From Octopus vulgaris (lineage: Eukaryota), in assembly GCA_951406725.2 (NCBI GenBank), contig OX597838.1, forward strand, positions 12,958,001 to 13,022,000: a stretch of DNA of 64,000 bases, given 5' to 3'. The position numbers and the translations under genes were made by a program. Position 1 is the first letter of the stretch; each line of letters opens with the position of its first letter. Positions 36,084 through 48,987 of this stretch are shown one piece after another. The notes beneath the pieces were generated by a model, which saw only the letters and a program-made list of their open reading frames with translations, was not told the origin of the DNA and did no database searches.

Positions 36084-36562
36084 GCAATGGTAAGATCCAA
36101 CGATCAAGGTGTAGGAAGTTATTTATATATATATATATATGCATCATCCTCATCATTTAATGTCTGACTTCCATGTTGGCATCTGCGTATATATGCAAAT
36201 GTATTCATATGTGTACATGCACATAGCACACTGACTGCATCAGTGTGCCAACCAGACTATCGGTTGTTGTTATATACTGCTTGCCTCAATGCACTTCCTC
36301 GAATTGTTGTAGCTTTCAGATGATGCCACCCCCCCCCACCCCCACCCCCCCCACCTGGCAGGAAGTCAACATTCCTCCCGAGCAGAAGATGCCAGCCCGT
36401 TACAAAGTTCCTCCACTCCACTCATTTACAGCTGAGTGGAGTGGAGGAACTTGGAAGGAAGTGTCATGTTCAAGAACACAACACACTGCTGAGTCTGAGG
36501 ACCAAAACTACAATCTTGGCATAATGAGTTTGTCTCCCTAACCACTGGGCCAAGCAGTTTCA

Positions 36563-36598
<36 letters not shown>

Positions 36599-37715
36599 AT
36601 GTCTGTGTGTGTGTGTGTGTGTGTGTGTGCTGCATGCATCATTGTATTTATCAAACTGGGATCATGAAAAACAAAAATAGAGAAATTTTAAATTTTCTCC
36701 TAAATAAGGTTGCATTTCTTAATTGTCATCTCTGACCTTTGACACCTAAGTTAATTGGACAATTAATAAGCTACAGCTTACTTCCATGACCTTCAACACT
36801 AACGTTTCATTCGAACTATTCTCCTTGAGCAAGTTTATTTTCCTTCTTCCTTGTGGCTGTTGAAGCTTTGATGTTCTTACTTTTGATGTATATGGTACAG
36901 AAATAGTTGCAAAGTTTGAAGTTGTTAATGACCAGGTCATTCGTATTAGGATTTGAAGACTGAAAGAGGTTCTGAAGTGGTTTCTTGAATGTTAAGAGTG
37001 TTAAATGAAGAAGTAAATAAATAAATAAAATTACTAATGGTGAATGAAATAAAATAAGGAAGGGCAGGAAAGCTATAAATCTGTGGGCATTTGTTGCTGT
37101 TTCTGCTCTCAATTGCTACAACCACAACCACTGCTGCTGCTGCTGGTGTTGTTTTAGCCCAAACTCATCTCTGATCTAGTTTAGCAAACCTATGAACAAA
37201 GGTTGGTGAAGTGGCAGAGACAGCTTGAGTGAGTAGGATTACTCAAAGCAGGTGTCTGCAGTACAGGGGAGTGGGGAGTACTTCCCATAGTACACCTGGT
37301 GGGCGGGGTGGCTTAGGATCTGTGGTGCTCTTTGGTTCACCCTAGGTGGTATTTCCCCTCTGTTGGAGATTTTGTTAAAATCGGGCATGGCTGTGTGGTT
37401 AGGGAGCTTGCTTCCTGGCTACATGGTTTCGGGTTCAGTCCCACTGCGTGGCACTTTGGGTAGGTGTCTTCCACTATAGCCCCGAGCCGATCGGAGCTTT
37501 GTGATTGAATTCGGTAGGTGGAGGTTACTGACGTGTGTGTATGTGTGCGTATAGCTGCTCAGTGCCTCTCCGAAAGAGAGAGAGAGGGTTTTGCAGATTG
37601 TTATTCTTTTCTTTTGTTTGCATATTATTATGTAAATCCTCGCTATCCTTTGTCTTTCTATTGTCCTAAATGTTCTCACAACCCTTGTGGTCAATAAAGA
37701 AGGAATTATTATTAT

Positions 37716-37935
37716 TGCAGAAACGTTAGCACGCCGGGCGAAATGCTTTGCAGTATTTCGTCTGCCATTACATTCTGAGTTCAAATTCCACCGAGGTCGA
37801 CTTTGCCTTTCATCCTTTCGGGGTCGATTAAATGAGGACCAGTTACGCACTGGGGTTGATATAATCAACTTAATCCATTTGTCTGTCCTTGTTTGTCCTC
37901 TCTGTGTTTAGCCCCTTGTGGGTAGTAAAGAAATA
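37716..37935 (+). mobile_element. SINE family B
   Basis: Family B sequence, 5'-clipped, inserted in an ATT/AAT repeat context. Confidence 0.85.
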
Positions 37936-37959
37936 ATAATAATAATAATAATAATAATT

Positions 37960-39990
37960 ATTATTATTGATTGTGAACACACCCTCCAATAGTCAGAAGG
38001 ACAGAACATCTGTCTCTCCACAGAAATAGGGTTACTGATCTCCTTCATTCTCCTTCTCTCTGACAACCATGGCCTTGCTCACAATAGGCAGTGTAAATGC
38101 CTGTGGCCTGGCATTGTCTTTGTTTTCTTTCTCAATTAAGACTATGTCCAGCTTCCTATTCACAATCTCATGGTCACACTGAATCATAAAATTCCATAGG
38201 ATCTTTGCATTTCTATTTTCGACAATGCCTTCAGGATTGTGGTCATACCAATTTTTTGCTCTGTCAAGTTCATACTTGTGGCAAAGTGTCCAAAGGACAA
38301 GCCTTGCTATATTGTTGTGGCGTCTCTTATATTCCTTTTGGGCTAGTGGCGTACATTGGCTTATAATAGGCCAAACAGTTTCACCATTTTGTCCACACAT
38401 TCTGCACTTACCACCTTCTGCTGTGTTGTTTATTCTGTATTTTATGTTTGTTCTTAGTGCTTGCTTTTGGGCAGCACAGATTAGAGCCTCCGTTTCTGGT
38501 TTTAAATCACTTTTAGTCATCCACAGCCATCTTTTTTCTCTGTCTGTCTTATCTTCAACATCCCTATGAAATTGACCATGCATTCTTTTCTTTACCCACC
38601 TATTTTCAATTTCATTCGTTTTCAATTTCTTGTATAGTGCTTTATCTTTGCAAACTTTCATCCCACACAAGCCTGACCTTCTTACTTCTAGTAATAACGG
38701 TTCTGTGTCATTTTTTACATACCATGCTATGTTGTTTTCTTCAGTTCTAATGCTGTGTTCACATCCAATAAGTCCTCTTCCCCATCTTTTTTTTTGGTAC
38801 ATACAGTCTGTCTGTGTCACTTTTTGGGTGGGGTATCCCATATCTAGTTAGCAACTTCCTTGTCTTTTTGTCCAAGCTGTTTACCATAAAGTTTGAGGTC
38901 ATCTATGAATAGCAAATGGTTGACTTTTGTTGGTGGCTTTTGAATACATACCCAGCTTTTGCTTTCCTCAGAATCAGTGTCAGTGGTATCAAGCACAGTA
39001 CAAAGATCAGTGGGGACAGGCATTCTCCTTGGAAGATACCCCTCCTAATTTCTACAGCCCCTAAACTTCTTCTGTATGCTGTCAGGGCCGTCCTCGAATT
39101 CGCCATACTTTTTCCAAGCAATTGCTCAACATTCGATGCAATACCAAATAGGTTCATACACTACATAATCCAAGAATGTGGGATCATATTGTACACATTA
39201 CGATACTCAATCCATGACATGGCTAAGTTACTTTTCCTCCTCTTGCAGTCTCTGAGTACAGTTTTGTCTATCAGGAGTTGATCCTTGGTACCTCTGCACT
39301 TATGCTTACAACCCTTCTGCTCATGTGGCAGGACTCCATTTTTCCCCAGATGTTTGTACATTGACTCTGTGACTAGTCTAGTCAATAATTTCCACATAAG
39401 TGGCAAATAGGGTATCGGCCTGTAATTGTCTACTGTATTGCCTTTTTCGACGTTTTTCAAGCACAGCACTGTCCTACCCATTGTCAACCACTCTGGTGTT
39501 GCTTGGTTGGCATTTAACAAGGTGTTGAGTTGCGCAGCTATTCGTGCATGACATTCACCAAATCTTTTGATCCAGTAGCCTTGAACTCCATCGGGTCCAG
39601 GGGGCTTCCAGTTGCTAATTTCTTTGCTGATTTCCTTAACATCCCTAACTGAAATGACTAGTTCTACCTGTTTTGGACAGACTACTGTTTGTTTCAGTTC
39701 TTGCAACCATTCAGCATCTGTCTTGTTCTCCTTGTCTTTGCTCCAGATGTCACTCCAAAACCTTCGACTTCCAATGTTATCTGCTATCAACTTTTCATCT
39801 GTACATCCTCCATCTATTTCTTTATAGAATCCCTTCTGAGCTATTCTGAGTAACCTATTCTGGTGGTCACCCACCATTGTTTGGTTGTATCTTACCATCT
39901 TTGCTTTCTTTGCAACGAGGTGCTGTTTCAGTTCCTCCACAGTTCAGGCCCTTTCTTTCAATATTATACTTCCTTTTCAGCACTCTGTAT
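37960..39990 (-). mobile_element. R4/Dong-like non-LTR retrotransposon (RT, zinc knuckle, start of the restriction-like endonuclease), 5'-truncated, frameshifted, internally deleted
   Basis: ORFs 39161-39940 (NWKPPGPDGVQGYWIK, NYRPI, EQKG, DQLLID), 38903-39157 (RGIFQGECLSPL), then NHLLFIDDLKLY, and 38032-38841 (CRMCG..ETVWPIISQC, KRRHNNIA, ILWNF); the 3' end abuts (TAA)n. Confidence 0.88.
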
Positions 39991-40149
39991 TACTACTACT
40001 ACTACTGACTGAAATGGGAACCTGAATTCTGTAATTCCAGTCTCTGGTGATTTACTAGGAATAAATCACATTAACATCTGGCCAATATTAGGAAGAAATC
40101 CAGTTGTTTTTATTTTGTTTTTTTCTTTTTGGCAAGAGTTCTACAATAG

Positions 40150-40183
<34 letters not shown>

Positions 40184-40999
40184 GCATCTTGTTACTAAGG
40201 TTACGGTTGTAATTGTTGTTACTGTCTGCTTTAGTTTCTGTGTCCAGCACCTATTGTTGCTTTAAATTCTTTTATTCATTTTACTGGTTTCAGTCATAGG
40301 ACTGTGGCCATGTTGGAGCACCTGGTACATATTTCTTTTTTTTTTATAGATTGGAATCTGTCAGAATGCAGTTATTTCTTTTATGCAGTTATTTGTTTTA
40401 TCTAGTTTTTTTTTCTGGCTTGTTTTTATTGTTTTCATTTTAGTTTTTTTTTTTTTTTTTCTTTTCTTTGAGATAAACCAGAAAACCTGGCATATATAAG
40501 ACAAATAGTTTTGACAATTCTTCATTCAGCTTCCATTCAGGATCTCTCTCTCACCTCCCTCTATCCACCTCCTGCCCTCTCTCCCCCTTCTCCTCTCCTT
40601 CCCTTCTCCCTTTCTTCCTCCCTCTTTCCCTGTTCTCTATTCTTTTACCTTTTAACTCAGAGTTTTGCTTCCCCCTCCTCCCTCTTTGTTATTATTCCCT
40701 CTCCTCCCCTTGGCCAACTTTCTTATATTTCCATCTATCTCTCCTCATTTCCCTTCTATTCATTCACTCTTCACTCCTCATCTCTTTCTCTTCTGTATCT
40801 CCTCTTCCCCCCTCTTCTTTCTATCATTTCACCCTCTCCCTCTTCTTGTCTTCTTCTTCTTCCTCACATCTCTGCGAATAAATGGATAAATTGGTGTAAA
40901 ATAAATCAAGGGGTAGGCCAAAATCAGTTTTTCAGTATGATGGATTAAATGCTTCGGGTTGAACAAAATTGGAGAACAAAGGTTTGAAAACTTTCATGA

Positions 41000-42051
41000 G
41001 GACTTCAGACATCTCATACAACTGTTTTTGGACACCTGTAAAAAATTGGAAAAGTCAAGAAAACAGATAGGTTTGTTCCACATCAACTGAACATCATCAT
41101 CATCATCATCATCATCATCATTGTTTAACGTCTGTTTTCCATGCTAGCATGGGTTGGAAGGTTCAACTGGGGTCTGGGAAGCCAGAAGGCTGCGCCAGGC
41201 CCAGTCTGATCTGGCGGTGTTTCTACAGCTGGATGCCCTTCCTAACGCCAACCACTCCATGAGTGTAGTGGGTGCTTTATACGTGCCACCTGCACAGGTG
41301 CCAGATGACGCTGGGCAAACGGCCACGATCGGATGGTGCTTTTTACGTGTTACTGGCACGGAGGCCAGTCGGGGCAGCGTTGGCAACAACCACGTTTGGA
41401 TGGTTCTTTTATGTGCCACTGGCACAAAAAAAAACAGATGCCTCGAAGTATGTTCCTTATTGCTTTCTTGACCAGAAAAAGATCATTTTTGCATCAAATC
41501 ATTACTTGTGATGAGAAAGGGATACTCTTTGACAACAGCAGGAGAACAGGAGAGTCACCTAAACACTACCTAAACCCACCATTGCACCCTAAAAAAAAAC
41601 TTAGTGGTCACTGTATGGTGGTCTGCGAAGTGAGTTATTCATTATTCATTTTGCAACAAGGAAAAATGGTAATAGCAACATCGTATTGCCAGGAAATTGA
41701 TTGTATGCATGAAAATTTGAAAAAGTAACCCAGACTAGTGAATGGAGATGGCTCAATTTTGCTCCATGACAATGCATGTCCTCACATTCCCCAGGCTATG
41801 GTCCAAAAGTTGCAAAGCCCGAATTATGAGATTTTGCAACATCTTCCCTATTCCCCTGATATCTCTCCTACTCATCATTTCTTATTTAAGCATTTTGAGC
41901 TTTTTATAAGCAATAAAACATTCTTAAATAGAGAAGAAGCAATTGAAGCATTCGGACAGCTTATCACAGCGAAAGATGAATTTTATTTTAAAGATGGAAT
42001 ATATGACATTGGGTAAATGTCATAAATGAACAGGGATCATACTTTGATTAA
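41000..42051 (+). pseudogene. Decayed mariner transposase, interrupted by SINE C
   Basis: KIGKVKK..FVPHQL, FLHQIITCDEKGILFDN, LLHDNACPH, HLPYSPDISPT, terminal GSYFD*; stops and frameshifts present. Confidence 0.9.
41092..41425 (-). mobile_element. SINE family C nested in mariner
   Basis: (CAT)n tail followed by the family C reverse complement. Confidence 0.88.
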
Positions 42052-42081
42052 ATAAATCAGTTCTCTAACATATATATATAT

Positions 42082-42361
42082 GGAGGCGCAATGGCCCAGT
42101 GGTTAGGGCAGTGGACTCGTGGTCGTAGGATCGCGGTTTCGATTCCCCGACCGGGCGTTGTGAGTGTTTATTGAGCAAAAACACCTACAGCTCCATGAGG
42201 CTCCATCAGGGGGTGGTGGTGATCTTTTGCCGCAACTTTCTCTCACTCTTTCTTCTGTTGGCCTGCTCGCTTAGCCAGTGGGTTGGCGTCATTTGAAGCG
42301 CATTGTGACCAGCAATGTGTAGCAACATCTGATAGCCTGGTCAGTCACGTGATCACGTGAT
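42082..42361 (+). mobile_element. SINE family D (tRNA-like head, cacgtgat tail)
   Basis: ggaggcgcaatggcccagtggttagggc..ggtttcgattccc; its 3' part matches the reverse complement of 35538-35655. Confidence 0.8.
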
Positions 42362-42804
42362 ATATATACACATACACACACATGATGGGCTCCTACACAG
42401 TTTCTGTGTACAAAATCCACTCACAAAGCATTGATCAGCCCAGGGATATAATAGAAGGCACTTGCCTAAAATGACATGCAGTGGACTGAACCGGAGACCA
42501 TTTGGTTGTAAAGTGAGTTTCTTAACCACACAGTTATGTTTTTACAGAACTACAACCTGTTGCCCACATCTAAAGAATTCGGGCAGTTGCTCTTTCTCCC
42601 ATTGAGTGGTTAAGGACTTGGAGCATATTAGCCTGTGTCATATCTGTTGGCTGCTGATACACTACTAATTAGACTTAGGTCCTCCTCACATGTTGTTAAA
42701 TGCCTAAAGTAGCAAGCTTCCTCCAGCATGGCCAGTCTGCTGTGTCTTGTCCAATATGGGTCATCATGCATTTAACCCCGGGGCTGTATGTATTTTTTAT
42801 TTTT

Positions 42805-43200
42805 TTTACTTGTTTCAGTCATTTGACTGCGGCCATGCTGGAGCACCGCCTTTTAGTCGAGCAAATCGACCCCGGGACTTATTCTTTGTAAGCTCAGTAC
42901 TTATTCTATCGGTCTCTTTTGCCGAACCGCTAAGTGACGGGGACGTAAACACACCAGCATCGGTTGTCAAGCAATGCTAGAGGGACAAACACAGACATAC
43001 AAACATATACACACGCATATATATATATACATATATACGACAGGCTTCTTTCAGTTTCCGTCTACCAAATCCACTCACAAGGCTTTGGTTGGCCCGAGGC
43101 TATAGCAGAAGACACTTGCCCAAGATGCCACGCAGTGGGACTGAACCCGGAACCATGTGGTTGGTAAGCAAGCAAGTAACCACACAGCCACTCCTGCGCC
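42805..43200 (-). mobile_element. SINE family A, full length, next to an oppositely oriented A 3' half (43213-43442 +)
   Basis: Family A sequence on both strands. Confidence 0.9.
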
Positions 43201-43469
43201 ATGTATATATTTGTGTGTGTGTCTTCGTGTCTGTGTTTGTCCCCCCCCACCGTCGCTTGACAACCGATATTGGTGTATTTACGTCCCCGTAACTTAGCAG
43301 TTCGGCAAAAACTTAGCGATATAATAAATACTAGGCTTACAAAGAATGAGTCCTGGGTCGATTTCTTCGATGGAAATCATTTAAGGCAGTGCCCCAGCGT
43401 GGCCGCAGCCAAATGACCGGAACATGTGAAAGAATAAGAGAGCAAGTCTGTGTATGCCAGCATTTTGTA

Positions 43470-44661
43470 TTTTGCTTGCGGGTGCGCGGAGTGTCTCTGG
43501 ACACTGCATGTGCTAAGGTTTCCTCACGCTGTGTGTGTGTGTGTGTGTGTGTGTGTGCATAGTTTCCGTTCTGTGTGAGTGTTTATGTGCACACAAAAAA
43601 CTTCCATACTGTACACACACACACGACCGACCGCCCAGTTTTTTCTTTAACTCTGCGTGTGTGGAAACATGTGAGTGCTCGCGCGCCCAACGTTTCCGTA
43701 AAAATTTGTTTGTGTGTGTGTGCGTGAGTACGCACGCGCATGGTTTCCGGGACTGTGCCGTGCGTAACAAAAGTTTTTGTACTGTATATATGTGTGTAAA
43801 GCAAAGCCTATACACTGTTTTCTTAACTTTCTCTTTTTGGTGGTTCCTTCACACCTTCCACCCTCGTCTTTCATCACCACCTCCACCGAACCAATTCTTT
43901 TCTTTTTTCTTAACTTTCTTCCTCCAGCCGTCTTTTGCTACGTAAAGTGACTGCCAATTCAAACTTTTTTCGGAAGTTAAGCTGCCTGACAAGAAGCCAG
44001 GCAGATAACTAACACCACACACACACACACACATACTAGTGTGTATGTGTATGTATATATATATATATATATATATAAAGAGTAAGAGAGAGTTGGGGGA
44101 GATCTGTTGATAAGACGTACAAAACCAGCAGGCATTTTTCCTCCACACACACACACGCGTGCGCACTCACATACGCACACGCACACATACACTTGTACGT
44201 ATTACACACAAACACGCGGATATTGCCTCAAGAACGGGCCGGGGCACCTTACACAGCGAGCTCGATAGATAGATAGAAAGGTCGAGCAACAAACTAGCAC
44301 CGAATACCGCCACCCCTGCAAATCTCTCCCCCACTTTCTAACCTCCGTCGACATCCACTCTTTGACTCCCCAAGCAAGACGGGAGGGGATCTCTAAACTT
44401 ATAATATATAAATATATATATATATATACACACACACACATATAAATATTATATTATATATATATACATATATATATATATTATGTACACACGCGAATAA
44501 ATACGCGTTTATATCAATATCTTTCTCCGAGATCTCAAATTTTTTGATTGGTAATCAAAATATTATAAGCACCACTCTCTTGTTGGATAATTGGATACTT
44601 AAAAATATATATATACATATATAAATACTACCACAGACAGTCTATTTATGATTCGGTAAGT
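43470..44661 (+). promoter_or_regulatory. CpG-enriched, TE-poor promoter/first-exon-like region ending in a strong splice donor
   Basis: Visibly more CpG than the flanks, clustered GTTTCC motifs, CGGAAGT at ~43971, donor tcg|GTAAGT at 44656. Confidence 0.4.
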
Positions 44662-44830
44662 AAAAATAACAAACATAAAAATTTCCTCTTTTTTTCTGTT
44701 TTCAAAACTATTCGAACTTTACGAAGCTTTGAAGGAAAGGAGAAAAAAATACTCAAGAAAACTTGCTTTTTTTGCTTAGATTCCGAAGAATTTTCAGATC
44801 TTTGTGTATGTATGTGTGTGTGTGTGTGTT

Positions 44831-45078
44831 TTCTTTTACTCTTACTTGTTAAGTCATTTGACTGTGGCCACGCTGGAGCACCGCCTTTAGTCGAATAAAT
44901 CACCCTCCAGGACTTATTCTTTGTAAGCTTAGTACTTATTCTATCGGATCCTTTTGCCGAACCGCTGATCTACAGGGACGTAAACACACCAACACTGGTT
45001 GTCAAGCGAAACACACACACACACACACATACGACGGGCTTCTTTCAGTTTCCGTCTACCAAATCCACTCAAGGCTTT
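44831..45078 (-). mobile_element. SINE family A, 3' portion
   Basis: Family A sequence. Confidence 0.82.
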
Positions 45079-46201
45079 GAACATAGAACTAATATATATA
45101 TAATGTTATTTTATTGGTTTCATTTATTAAAATGGGGCACTGATGGGCTGGCACTGAGCCTTAAGGTCTTTTGTCGATTCTATTGACCCAGTCCTTTAAT
45201 TTATCATATTTTATTGGATCCACATCTCGAAGGTTAAGTCTGAAGACTAGATATTACATACATACATACATACATACACACACACACGTGTGTGTGTGTA
45301 ATACTATGTGTGGAGAAAATTATGGAGTTATTGTTTTATTGAAGAGATTGAAGATGCAAATAATTTCACTAATTGACCAGTTTAATCCCGGCTAGGATCA
45401 TTTGGAATACACCACACATCTAAACACAAAGTTAAAGATAGATGTTTCTAAATACTTAAATGAAGCAAACTTTATCCCAGTGACTTTGTGGAGTCTTAAA
45501 ATATTTATAAATTCTTGACAGTTATGTCGAAGTTTCACTTAGGCTGGTTTAGTCAAACTGTCATATCTATCTGTCTGTCTGTCTGTCTGTCTTATGTGTG
45601 TCTATGTGATTTGTATGTATGTATTTATTTATTTATTTATTTATGTATGAATGTATGTATGTATGTATGTGTGTATGTGTGTATGTATGTGTGTATGTAT
45701 GTATGTATGTATGCATGTGTGTATGCATGTGTGTATGCATGTATGTATGTATGTATGTATGTATGTATGTATGTATGTATGTATTTATGTATGTGTGTAT
45801 GTATGTGTGTATGTATGTATGTGCGTGCGTGCGTGCTTTGTCTGCGCATAGCCATATATATTATTTATTTATTGGACCCATAAATGAATGCATTTTCGTC
45901 TTTGGAAGGAAACTGTTGCTTTATATATATATATATATATATATAATGCGAGTGTATGTATGGTCAAGATGAATATGTGGTATTTGAAATATTTCATTAA
46001 AATTTAATTAACAACTCTAACATATACTTTCGCTTCTCACTACTTTAATATTTGTACCTGAAGTTCTCGCGGATGGAAGTTTACAATCACTTAATTGTGT
46101 TTAATTACAAATACTTTAGTCTCGTATACAAAACATTTCCTTGTCTCGTTTTTTCACCTACCCTACAACTTCGCTTCTTTTTGTTGCTGTTTTGCAAACA
46201 G

Positions 46202-46306
46202 TTCAAGGAAGAAATTTCGGCAGATTTAAATAAAATACGAATAGAGGAAGCACTTTTTTTTTCAACCCTTTCGCTGACAATAATTCTTCAGTATCTATTT
46301 ACACAG
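46202..46306 (+). other. Candidate 105-nt exon
   Basis: Polypyrimidine tract plus aaacAG acceptor and acag|GTATGT donor; open in frame 0 (FKEEISADLNKIRIEEAL...), no recognisable homology. Confidence 0.3.
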
Positions 46307-46451
46307 GTATGTTGCGTGTAGGACGGATAGCTAGGCAGTTAGAATGGAGAAGGGTTGTCAGATAGATAGATAGGTAGGTAAGTTTATTTTGGAGACTTAA
46401 CAATCGAACAAAACAACAAGCAAAATGGGCGTGGGAAAGAGTATGTCTAAG

Positions 46452-46492
<41 letters not shown>

Positions 46493-46537
46493 TAAAAATA
46501 TATATTGAATTCTGTTTATCCTGTTCATTTTACCAAA

Positions 46538-46940
<403 letters not shown>

Positions 46941-47289
46941 CCCTCTGCATATGGAAAGTATTAATATTTGTGCGTGTGTCTGTGTATATATATATCTGTG
47001 TGCATGTATATAAGTATATGTATGTATACATCTGTACATTATATAAGTATACACACATATATGTATAAGTGTGTGTGTGTGTGTGTAAAAAGGGGGAGAG
47101 GTAGATACACGCTGTATGTTCGCGTAAGGGTATTAAGTTACAATATTTCAACTTGTATCTTTAACAATGCATGCGTATATATGGGCATATAGATGCATGT
47201 CACTCCTTAATACCTAAAACATGCTAATATCTACCTATAGTTTGTAAACTCTCTTACTTCAGATCCCTCCCTCTGTCTGTCTTTCCCAT

Positions 47290-47351
<62 letters not shown>

Positions 47352-47862
47352 TTGGTTCTACAAGCGTTAAAAGAAATTATTCACGTACTCATACATATAT
47401 CTGAATTCATAAGTGAAAGTTAAAACATTTCACTTGGTCGTTTTTTTGTTTTGTTTTTTGGTACCCTGAGAAAAGTCCTTGGAAATGTGAACTCAGAGTA
47501 GCAACCAAACTAAGTTTTTATCTTCACACACACAGACACACACAAAGAGCAGAAGAGTACCTCTTTTTTCGTCGAGGTATTTCAAACAGGGAAATGACAT
47601 GCTAACCTGAGCAATCACAATTAGATGTCAAAGATGTGTGTATATGTGTGTACATCTATCTGTGTGTGTGTGTGTGTGTGTGTAGCTATGGCCAAGAACA
47701 TATACACGCCAAAATTTAAAAGGAAATGGAACCAGAAGTTCTGATTACGGCATCAGGAAATTAACTTTTAGTTATGAAACCTTGCCTCAAAACATTTGCT
47801 CTTTCTCTCAGGTACACCCCAGTACAGCAGCGTATGTATGTACGTACGTATGCATGTATGTA

Positions 47863-47917
<55 letters not shown>

Positions 47918-48873
47918 TTATTTATTTGTGTGTGCATGCATGCACGTACACATATATCCATTGTTTACATGAAGGCTACATGTATGGACTGCCTGTGGCT
48001 TACAAGCTTCCTACACTGGGGTCCCCAGATACAATAACGTATATATGCACATATATCAAATTAATTGAGGCATTTATCGTTCAAAATTTCATCCCCAATT
48101 GTATAATGATGTAGAATAACGAAGGTATAATGTAGTTTAACAGCGATAATTAAGAAAACTATGTCAACGGACGAATGTATATATATCCGGATGGTTAGTA
48201 GGTAGACTAATAACTGTAGTATTTACATATCTTGATTATTGGGTGGAAGGTCTATTGTTTTTTAATTAAATATCTTCTGATGCTAATTATAGATAATGGA
48301 AATTGTTGATCCGATTCATTCAGCGAATGGTTAATACTCATTAGTTTGTAGTTTTTTTTTTTTTAATTTGAAATAATTAAATTATAGTTATATGTACGAT
48401 ATCACGATTCCTACACACCCACGATCGTCGGCGTGTGTGTAGGTATGTGTTTTTGAAATTAAGCTGGCTTCTAGCCTGACTATATCTTCTGTATATCTGT
48501 GTGTGTATACATACATACATACATGTATATACATATGTGCATCCGTGTTCTCTGTTTATATGTACACACACACAGGTGCAAAACAAGGGTGGGGGAAATA
48601 GTACTCGAACAGCAAGGGTAGAGTAAAATACTATTTTATCGAAGCTGGGGAAAAAAATCACTAACAAATTGTGAAGTTCATTTCAATAAAGTTTATATAT
48701 GTAAGTATGTGTGTGTGTATATATGTTTATATTTCTGTGTGCAAATAAAATTTCATATATGTATGCATATATAATTATTTTTAATCGGCAGAGTTTGTGA
48801 CTCAAGGGTGAAGAGTTTCGTGTATAGTACCTAACAAGCTCTGCACTCGCCCGCTGTGAATACAGCTGAGGCT

Positions 48874-48987
48874 AATAACCCCAAGGAATAGAGTTCTGCA
48901 TACTAAATGTACACACTGTAATGTCTGTATGAAATACAGTGAGTTTACCATTGCAATTAGTCAACAGAATCTGTTCTTCGGGTTGTT
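48874..48987. repeat. Imperfect ~115 bp palindrome
   Basis: aataaccccaaggaatagagttctg..actaa..cactgta / tacagtg..ttagt..cagaatctgttcttcgggttgtt. Confidence 0.7.

Noticed and set aside
42082-42155. Possible tRNA gene
   Set aside because: tRNA-like head of SINE D; it continues into the SINE body and has no proper acceptor stem
46262-46295. Minus-strand CTGAAGA...CGAAA
   Set aside because: No stems II or III; chance match
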